NCBI GenBank assembly: GCA_040754495.1 | Contig: JBFMCO010000037.1 | Coordinates: 1 to 13,502 of the forward strand | DNA length: 13,502 nucleotides | Direction: 5' to 3' | Source of the DNA: Candidatus Micrarchaeota archaeon | GTDB taxonomy: Archaea > Micrarchaeota > Micrarchaeia > Anstonellales > Bilamarchaeaceae | Shown here: one piece after another, positions 8,036 to 13,502 of the stretch | Layout: every line of letters begins with the position of its first letter | How positions within the stretch are numbered: position 1 is the stretch's first letter | Notes under the pieces: generated by a model | Databases searched by the model: none | What the model was told of the DNA's origin: nothing | Seen by the model: the letters and a program-made list of their open reading frames with translations, nothing else | Position numbers and translations under genes: made by a program

Positions 8036-8056
8036 ACTATATTTATAAAGTATAGT
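8036..8056 (-). promoter_or_regulatory. TATA box (TTTATAAA, 8042-8049) of the membrane-array operon, embedded in an ACTATA-N9-TATAGT inverted repeat
   Basis: Consensus archaeal TATA at leaderless distance from GTG 8020. The flanking 6-bp dyad is seen directly. Confidence 0.65.
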
Positions 8057-8126
8057 CAGGCGCGATGGCCAGGCCTGCCGCGCCGGGGAGCCGTTTTTGG
8101 CGCAAACCGCAGCATTCCGCAACTTA

Positions 8127-8134
8127 TTTATTAA
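8127..8134 (+). promoter_or_regulatory. TATA box (TTTATTAA) of the ArsR-type regulator
   Basis: 20 nt upstream of ATG 8155, consistent with a leaderless transcript. Confidence 0.6.
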
Positions 8135-8154
8135 GGCCCGGACATGATTTTTGC

Positions 8155-8829
8155 ATGGAGGAGGACAAAATCGTCCTCGACCGCAGGAGCTTCGAGGCGC
8201 TCGCGGTCGACAGCAGGGTGAAGATTCTCAAATCCCTCAAGGAGAGGAGGAAGACGCTCTCAGAGATAGCCAAGGAGCAGGGGATGTCGGTTTCCGGCGT
8301 CAAGGAGCACCTGGAGACCCTGGAGAAGGTCGGCCTTATAGAGAAGAGGGACGACGGCCACAAGTGGAAATACTACGAGCTGACCAGGAAGGGGAGCGAC
8401 ATCGTCGCTCCGCGGGAGCTGCGCGTCTGGATACTTCTTTCGATATCCATGGTCGCCCTTGTCGCCTCCATGGTCGCGATATTCTCGCCTCCCCAGCTCG
8501 CCGCGGATGCGCTGGCGCCAGAGGCTCCGGCTCCGGAAGCCCCCCTGCTGGCAATGAACGCGGAGACGGCAGCTCCGGCAGAGGCCGATGCCGCAGGCGC
8601 AGTCCCGGCCCCTGAAGCGGCGGGCGCTGCAGAGCCCGCGGAAGGGCTCAGGGCAATGGCAGTGGAGAAAACTACCCGGGACGCAGAGGCGGGCGGCGAG
8701 GAGGCCGCTTCGGAGCCGGCAGGGCCTGACATGACGGTCCCCGTGGCGGTTTCCGCGGTGAGCGCGCTGACTCTTTTCGCATGCGCAGCCGTGCTAATCA
8801 GGAACAGGATGAAGCCCATATCGCTCTGA
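8155..8829 (+). CDS. ArsR-family winged-HTH transcriptional regulator with two C-terminal hydrophobic helices (224 aa)
   Basis: FEALAVDSRVKILKSL...TLSEIAKEQGMSVSGVKEHLETLEKVGLI...KYYELTRKG is an ArsR-like wHTH, followed by TM (VWILLSISMVALVASMVAIF), an Ala/Pro/Glu linker and a second TM. Start trimmed from 8065 to 8155. Confidence 0.88.
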   Translation: MEEDKIVLDRRSFEALAVDSRVKILKSLKERRKTLSEIAKEQGMSVSGVKEHLETLEKVGLIEKRDDGHKWKYYELTRKGSDIVAPRELRVWILLSISMVALVASMVAIFSPPQLAADALAPEAPAPEAPLLAMNAETAAPAEADAAGAVPAPEAAGAAEPAEGLRAMAVEKTTRDAEAGGEEAASEPAGPDMTVPVAVSAVSALTLFACAAVLIRNRMKPISL

Positions 8830-8919
8830 GCGGCCGGTTTCCGGCCTCCTGCATCCAGCACTTTCAAAACGCAAAACCCGCAACCCGAAACCGGCTGCCC
8901 GATGCAGGAAACTGGCGGC

Positions 8920-8962
8920 CTACTTGGGCCGGAACGCCAGGCCGGTGACGCTCAGGAAGATC
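8920..8962 (-). pseudogene. Orphan 3' fragment of the BofA-like gene (IFLSVTGLAFRPK*), left repeat of the islet
   Basis: 35/43 nt identical to 11315-11357, including a perfect 17-bp core (8942-8958 = 11337-11353) and an aligned TAG. No start or 5' part. Confidence 0.85.
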
Positions 8963-8997
8963 GGAATTACACGGATAAAACGAGCTATAAGACGTAG

Positions 8998-9633
8998 TCA
9001 GAGTAAATCTTTCACAAAATCCACCGCTTCCCGCATATTTTTACAAACGCCGTCCGCTTTGGAAAAATCCTGCCGGAGTGAAAATTCGGTAGGTATTGCG
9101 ACGGTGAATATTCCCGCATCCTTCGCTGCCGTAACACCGCTCGATGTGTCCTCAAAAACAAGCGCCTTGCTGGCTTCGATGTTCAGGGTTTTGAGGGCTT
9201 TCAGGTATAAATCCGGGGCAGGTTTGCCCCTGATGGACCCGTGAACCCCTAGAACAACGTCAAAGTAATCAGTCAGATTTGCTTTCTTTATTTTTAATTC
9301 GGCTTCTTTCTGTGTGCTTCCTGAGATAGCGCCAAGTTTTTTTGAACGGAGAAATTCGAGAGATTCTTTCACATAGGGCAGCGTATCGATCCTGTGCGAA
9401 TCGAACAAATCAAGCATCACCTGTTTTTTCTTAATTGAGATTCCGGCTTCTAGACCGTATTTTGACCTGAGAATTTTTTCGATCTCTTCCGAGGGCTTGC
9501 CGGCGTACTGGGTATATTCTTCTTTTGTTATCCGGACATCGTATGGTTTTAGAACTTCGACCCAGCCCAGAAACTGAAAGCGTTCTGTGTCAAGCAAGGT
9601 CCCATCTACATCGAAAAAAACCGCTTTTAGCAT
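8998..9633 (-). CDS. HAD-superfamily phosphatase, beta-phosphoglucomutase/CbbY-like subfamily IA (211 aa)
   Basis: Motif I FFDVDGTLLDTE, motif III GKPAPDLY, motif IV VFEDTSSGVTAAKDAG. Confidence 0.93.
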   Translation of the reverse strand: MLKAVFFDVDGTLLDTERFQFLGWVEVLKPYDVRITKEEYTQYAGKPSEEIEKILRSKYGLEAGISIKKKQVMLDLFDSHRIDTLPYVKESLEFLRSKKLGAISGSTQKEAELKIKKANLTDYFDVVLGVHGSIRGKPAPDLYLKALKTLNIEASKALVFEDTSSGVTAAKDAGIFTVAIPTEFSLRQDFSKADGVCKNMREAVDFVKDLL

Positions 9634-10454
9634 CTCATATCCCTCACGAGGCGATTGATTAAAAGTACCGCTTCCTCCATAGTTTTAACCGCTATGAGAG
9701 GATCTTTTACATCATGAGGAGGATCGTAGCAGATTGGGAAGACTGCAGCGCCCGAATCGTATCCAAGAAATCCCATCAGCTTGGCCGGACTGTCATCGAT
9801 CAAGAAAACAAGATCGCCCGATGCGACAGATTGATCCGAGAGGATTTTTTTCCAGGTTTCCGGATCTTTCTTCAGCCCCCACCCTTCGCCGCTGACGTAG
9901 CATGCGTTACCGGCAGTTCTCGATGCCAGAACGCGGTATTTTACGGGAGGCAGATCGTACCTTTCAAACATAGTCTCAAGAGCGGGTCCAAATGCAGCCA
10001 AGAAAAGACGCGGGTGATTATCGGTAACAACGCTGAGTATTGTGCCATCCGGAAGATTTTTCAAAGCCTGGAAAGACCGGGGGTTCATTGATTCAAGGGC
10101 GACCGGTCCGAGCGGGACAGAAAGGTATTCGAAAAATCTTTCGCGGGATTGTTCCGCAACCACTCTGATCAAAGCATCCGGATCAGCACCGCAAACAAGG
10201 GACAGGGAAAATGCCAGCCGGTTTATGTCGTCGTATGGGTCCAGCTCGCTTTGTTTCAGCCGTTCTTTTGCCTCTTGATAAAGGGAACGGAAATCACCCT
10301 CCTTTATCCTGCGGACCGAAGGGACCGATGTTGCCATATCATGAAGAACCCTTGACCGCAGCGCAGCGCCAAGAGAAACGTCTCTTCTAGCTCGCTCCAC
10401 TTTTTTATCGCACATCAGCGGTCCGCCAAGATCAACGAAAACGTATGCTCGCAT
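9627..10454 (-). CDS. Divergent HAD-superfamily hydrolase (275 aa)
   Basis: Start trimmed to MRAYVFVDLGGPL (GTGAT upstream). Motif II VVTDN, motif III KKDPETWK, motif IV LIDDS. Overlaps the next start by 7 nt. Confidence 0.72.
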   Translation of the reverse strand: MRAYVFVDLGGPLMCDKKVERARRDVSLGAALRSRVLHDMATSVPSVRRIKEGDFRSLYQEAKERLKQSELDPYDDINRLAFSLSLVCGADPDALIRVVAEQSRERFFEYLSVPLGPVALESMNPRSFQALKNLPDGTILSVVTDNHPRLFLAAFGPALETMFERYDLPPVKYRVLASRTAGNACYVSGEGWGLKKDPETWKKILSDQSVASGDLVFLIDDSPAKLMGFLGYDSGAAVFPICYDPPHDVKDPLIAVKTMEEAVLLINRLVRDMRC

Positions 10455-10458
10455 TTCA

Positions 10459-11238
10459 TCACTTCGTGCGGGCAAGCAAAAGATCCGCAATCTTTTCCGC
10501 CGCCTCTGCGCGGATTGCCGAAAATGACGGCCAGTCATTGACGTCCACGAAATAGAACTCGTTTCTAGAAGTATATATGAAATCTCCGCCAAAAACATCC
10601 AAATCAAGGCAGCGCGCCATGCCTCTCGCATAATCGGCAAGCTCGGCTATCTTGGGTTTAGACGCGGCATCGGCAAATGCAAGCGGGAAAATTTCATTCC
10701 CGATACCGTAAAATTTGAAGGTCCTGCCTCCAATCAACTCTTGCACTAGGTAAAAAGAATCGTCAATTTCCCTGATTAATGCCGGGAGGGCCGCAATATC
10801 CTCTTTTGAAGAGATCAGCAACGTATCCCGGCTCTTTCCATGAGTTGCTGTCCTTTTGAGAACAAACGGGGGAACGAGCCCCAGCACTTCATGTTCTTTG
10901 AAGACTCTTGTTTCGGGGAATGGTATGCCTGCTTTGGCCATGGTGTCATGGAGATTGGATCGCCTGAGACAGGATTGGACGGCTGCCGGAGTATTTACGA
11001 CAGGGGCATGGGCGGCCGCACAGGATAACACGCTGAGGGCATCCGGACCCCGTGCCATGGAGAATATAAGCTGCGGGTACGGGAAATCCAGTCGCAGGCC
11101 TTCGCTTCTCATCATTTCGACGGTTTCAACCAGAGGTTTTCTCCTGAGGGCGTTTCCCACCGCATCAGCTATCTGATTGTCTGCTTCGGGCTTGCCGGCC
11201 AATTTTTTCTCTCTGTAAAGTCCCAGTATCCGCACCAT
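10459..11238 (-). CDS. ATP-grasp fold enzyme (RimK/ITPK1-like, 259 aa)
   Basis: ATP-grasp motifs PFVLKR..THG, YLVQELIGG, FGGDFI and YFVDVNDWPSF. GGTGG SD upstream of the ATG. Confidence 0.85.
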   Translation of the reverse strand: MVRILGLYREKKLAGKPEADNQIADAVGNALRRKPLVETVEMMRSEGLRLDFPYPQLIFSMARGPDALSVLSCAAAHAPVVNTPAAVQSCLRRSNLHDTMAKAGIPFPETRVFKEHEVLGLVPPFVLKRTATHGKSRDTLLISSKEDIAALPALIREIDDSFYLVQELIGGRTFKFYGIGNEIFPLAFADAASKPKIAELADYARGMARCLDLDVFGGDFIYTSRNEFYFVDVNDWPSFSAIRAEAAEKIADLLLARTK

Positions 11239-11275
11239 AATCCACCCGTTTTTAAAGAGATATTGGTTGCTTCAT

Positions 11276-11283
11276 ATTATAAT
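11276..11283 (-). promoter_or_regulatory. Candidate TATA box (ATTATAAT) for the islet operon
   Basis: AT-rich box 37 nt upstream of ATG 11238, leaving room for a short leader with the GGTGG SD. Confidence 0.35.
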
Positions 11284-11297
11284 GTGATAGGTTATAG

Positions 11298-11304
11298 AAA
11301 AAAA
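11298..11304 (-). terminator. Oligo-T (T7) archaeal terminator candidate after the BofA-like gene
   Basis: TTTTTTT on the minus strand 10 nt downstream of the TAG at 11315. Confidence 0.5.
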
Positions 11305-11314
11305 TGATACGGGA

Positions 11315-11357
11315 CTACTTCCCCTTGAACGCGAGCCCGGTGACGCTCAGGAATATC
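11315..11357. repeat. Right copy of the 43-bp imperfect direct repeat (3' end of the intact BofA-like gene)
   Basis: Direct alignment with 8920-8962 gives 8 mismatches; 17-bp identical core CCGGTGACGCTCAGGAA. Confidence 0.9.
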
Positions 11358-11572
11358 AGTATGAGCAGCCCGGCCACGCCGCCTATCAGGACTATCAGCA
11401 GGCTCCAGACATTGACTTCTGTCTTCACGCCCAGCCAGCCGACGACCTTCAGCGCCACAAGCGCGATAATGGTGTTGATTAGCAGCGGCACGGGCCCCCA
11501 GGCGCTCCACACGGCAACGAAAAGCAGGAGGGCCGCGATTATCAGGAGGACGTTCAGCAGCGTCTTGAGCAT
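11315..11572 (-). CDS. Small membrane protein, pro-sigmaK processing inhibitor BofA-like family (85 aa)
   Basis: MLKTLLNVLLIIAALLL...EVNVWSLLIVLIGGVAGLLILIFL has three hydrophobic segments and the N-x-x-S/T-L...G-x-x-G ending I recognise from BofA-like proteins. The track's 312 aa ORF is over-extended antisense to the redoxin. Confidence 0.75.
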   Translation of the reverse strand: MLKTLLNVLLIIAALLLFVAVWSAWGPVPLLINTIIALVALKVVGWLGVKTEVNVWSLLIVLIGGVAGLLILIFLSVTGLAFKGK

Positions 11573-11578
11573 GCAGCC

Positions 11579-11602
11579 ATAATCCGGGGCAAGGATTATA
11601 TC
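11579..11602. promoter_or_regulatory. Shared TATA-like element (ATTATATC / GATATAAT) between divergent genes, overlapped by an ATAATCC-N7-GGATTAT dyad
   Basis: Centred about 26 nt from both ATG 11572 (-) and ATG 11624 (+). The 7-7-7 inverted repeat at 11579-11599 is seen directly. Confidence 0.5.
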
Positions 11603-11623
11603 GTTTCCCGGAGTGTTGATGCC

Positions 11624-12526
11624 ATGCTCGACAATGTTTTCAAGGCGAGGATAAAGGCTCCCGAATTCGCTGGCATTAAGGCGTGGCTCAACTCCAAGCC
11701 CCTCAGGATGGAAAAGCTGAAGGGGAAGGTCGTTCTGGTCGATTTCTGGACGTACACCTGCATAAACTGCATGCGGACGCTCCCGTACCTGAAGAGGTGG
11801 CACGGGAAATACGCGAAAAAGGGCCTCGTCATAGTCGGCGTGCACTCGCCCGAGTTCGAATTCGAGAAAGGCGCCGATAAGGTGAAGGAGGCCGTGAAGA
11901 AATTCGGGATAAAGTACCCGGTCGCGGTGGACAGCGGCATGCAGACGTGGCGGGCGTTCGACAACCACTACTGGCCGGCCAAGTTCCTCGTGGACAGGGA
12001 GGGATTCATCTCGTACGTTCATTTCGGGGAGGGCAACTACGCCCAGACCGAGATGGCAATCCAGATGCAGCTCGGGCTGAAGGCGAAGCTGGAGAAGGAG
12101 GCGTTCCCGGGCTACATGTTCGACCAGAGCCCTGAAACCTACACCGGCTTCGCCAGGAACTTTGGCCTCGGCTCCGGCCTGGTCTGCGACCAGAGCGGCT
12201 GCAACGTCTATGTGGACCCGGGCAACCACGCGATGAACATCGTCTATCCACACGGCCAGTGGGTCCAGGAGAAGGAGTATCTCGAGCTGAAGAAGGCGCC
12301 GGGCCGCATCTCCTACCGGTTCAACGCCAGGGAAGCGAACATCGTCATGTCCCCGGTGGGGAAGCAGTGCAAGGCCGAGATATACATAGACGAGAAGAAG
12401 ACCGGCGAGATTACGATAGGCGGACCGGACATGTACAAGGTCTTCCAGGACAAGAAATACGGCGACAGGGAGCTCGCCATCATGTTCAGCGGGAAGGTCC
12501 GGGTGTACGCATTCACGTTCGGTTGA
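11624..12526 (+). CDS. Thioredoxin-fold redoxin resembling the DipZ C-terminal region (300 aa)
   Basis: WLNSKPL...KGKVVLVDFWTYTCINCMRTLPY...GVHSPEFEFEK...NHYWPAKFL...HFGEGNY, and C-terminal VYAFTFG. Confidence 0.9.
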   Translation: MLDNVFKARIKAPEFAGIKAWLNSKPLRMEKLKGKVVLVDFWTYTCINCMRTLPYLKRWHGKYAKKGLVIVGVHSPEFEFEKGADKVKEAVKKFGIKYPVAVDSGMQTWRAFDNHYWPAKFLVDREGFISYVHFGEGNYAQTEMAIQMQLGLKAKLEKEAFPGYMFDQSPETYTGFARNFGLGSGLVCDQSGCNVYVDPGNHAMNIVYPHGQWVQEKEYLELKKAPGRISYRFNAREANIVMSPVGKQCKAEIYIDEKKTGEITIGGPDMYKVFQDKKYGDRELAIMFSGKVRVYAFTFG

Positions 12527-12532
12527 GCGTTC

Positions 12533-12546
12533 GGAAAATATAAAAA
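12533..12546 (+). promoter_or_regulatory. BRE + TATA (GGAAAA-TATAAAAA)
   Basis: Purine-rich BRE directly before a TATA box, 23 nt upstream of ATG 12570. Confidence 0.6.
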
Positions 12547-12569
12547 CACTAAGCTAGAGATTTAATCAC

Positions 12570-13202
12570 ATGATTCCAGGCCCCATCAGGAGAGCAAAGC
12601 CCATAGACCTTCCGCTGACCGCAGACGCATTCTGGAGGTTCAAGGACCGGCTGGAGATGGAGGGGTTCCGGATGCTGGACGTGGGCCGGGCGGACCGTCT
12701 GATGGAGGCACGGCGCGATTTTCGCTCATACCGGCTCAAGGTCGCCGTCGCGCTCTCTTTGGCTGACGGCCCGGCAATGTTCGGAAGCCATCCCGTCAAG
12801 GCAGAGGCGAAGTTCATATGCATGGACCCGGGCGGCGGGCCTGCGAAATCGAACCTGGCCGGCGACCTCATCTCCAGGGCATTCCCTTACGTGCGCCACG
12901 GCAATATCGCGCTCAGATACGAGGAGCTTGCTCCGCAAGGGCCGCTCCCGGCGGCAGGCCCGTACAGGGGTGGCGAAGGCCCTGCGGTATCGGATGAGAT
13001 AGACATCATTCATTTGCTCAGGGCAGGCGAGGAGCTGATGAAGGCAAGGGAAGAGGCGGCCCGGATCGTTCGCGCGGTGCTTTCGGCAGCAGAAGGGGCA
13101 GGCCGGCTGGAGGCGGGCGCCGCCATGGGCGAAATAACCAGCCGGATCAAAGAGAGCAGGCTCATTGCTTCCGCGATAGAGGAGCATGTTCCTGGTGTGT
13201 AG
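12570..13202 (+). CDS. Hypothetical protein (210 aa)
   Basis: Fills the space between the redoxin and the phosphatidyltransferase and has a good promoter at leaderless distance. No family recognised. Confidence 0.65.
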   Translation: MIPGPIRRAKPIDLPLTADAFWRFKDRLEMEGFRMLDVGRADRLMEARRDFRSYRLKVAVALSLADGPAMFGSHPVKAEAKFICMDPGGGPAKSNLAGDLISRAFPYVRHGNIALRYEELAPQGPLPAAGPYRGGEGPAVSDEIDIIHLLRAGEELMKAREEAARIVRAVLSAAEGAGRLEAGAAMGEITSRIKESRLIASAIEEHVPGV

Positions 13203-13502
13203 CGTTCTTCGCAACCGCAACCAGCCTCTGCAGGATTGTTATTGCAGAGAGAGCAATCGCGAGAACTACGGCATAAACGAAATACTCCATCGAGACGGCA
13301 AGCCCGGCCCCGAGGCCGATGAGGATTATGAGAAGCCTCTCGCTCCGCTCAAAGATTCCGCCGAGCGCGAGCGCCTTCCCCCTGCTCACCGCACCCTTGT
13401 GGTCCGCGTAAGCCCGGATGAAGGAGGGCATGCACGTTCCCAGGAATATGAGCAATGCGAGCCAGATTTTCGCGTCGATGACAATCAGCGGGAGCGGTAT
13501 GA
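13162..13502 (-). CDS. CDP-alcohol phosphatidyltransferase family protein (partial, N-terminus beyond window end)
   Basis: The frame is open to the window edge. Hydrophobic helices and MPSFIRAYADHKG...GGIFERSERLLII match the C-terminal S(Y/F)xRA...G.xER.ER pattern of PgsA/archaetidylinositol-phosphate-synthase-type enzymes. The catalytic DG..AR motif lies outside the window. Confidence 0.75.
   Translation of the reverse strand, partial: IPLPLIVIDAKIWLALLIFLGTCMPSFIRAYADHKGAVSRGKALALGGIFERSERLLIILIGLGAGLAVSMEYFVYAVVLAIALSAITILQRLVAVAKNATHQEHAPLSRKQ

Larger units (their letters stand above)
8963..11314. mobile_element. Horizontally acquired three-gene islet with no integrase or transposase inside
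   Basis: Bounded by the duplicated gene end. Shift to A/T-ending codons (AAA, GAA, TTT, ATT). Spot GC counts of 60-nt lines are 33-53% inside versus 53-75% in the flanks. Confidence 0.7.

Noticed and set aside
8866-8895. Degenerate AAAACGC/AAAACCCGC/AACCCG mini-repeats, weakly similar to CGCAAACCGCA at 8101
   Set aside because: Too short and irregular to distinguish from chance; not CRISPR-like or iteron-like.
8920-11357. Islet as a transposon or provirus
   Set aside because: No transposase, integrase, terminal inverted repeats or viral genes, and the flanking repeats are diverged coding sequence rather than a target-site duplication.
11579-11605. ATAA...TTATATC as an archaeal Xer dif site
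   Set aside because: The spacer between ATAA and TTAT is 13 nt rather than the 6 nt of dif sites. Better explained as promoter plus operator.
1-13502. CRISPR arrays, tRNA or rRNA genes
   Set aside because: No regularly spaced repeats or cloverleaf/rRNA signatures seen. Nearly all of the window is protein-coding.

Overview
Archaeal genomic window (TATA-type promoters about 20-23 nt upstream of apparently leaderless first genes, GGTG/GTGAT-type Shine-Dalgarno motifs at internal genes). A DPANN/Micrarchaeota-like origin is my inference, not proven. The left 8 kb is one tightly coupled minus-strand operon: six diverged tandem paralogues of one multi-pass membrane protein (M1-M6 in transcription order) followed by a Cys-rich, glycosylation-sequon-rich lipoprotein that runs off the window and is missing from the ORF track. 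The architecture suggests VirB6/TrbL/CedA-like channel subunits, which is unverified. A membrane-tethered ArsR-type winged-HTH regulator is transcribed divergently. Next is a ~2.35 kb islet with AT-shifted codon usage (ATP-grasp protein with ITPK1-like motifs plus two HAD hydrolases), bracketed by two synonymously diverged copies of the 3' end of a small BofA-like membrane gene. The right end has a DipZ-C-type redoxin, an orphan ORF and a partial CDP-alcohol phosphatidyltransferase. Most long ORFs in the supplied track are GC-driven shadow frames or over-extended starts.
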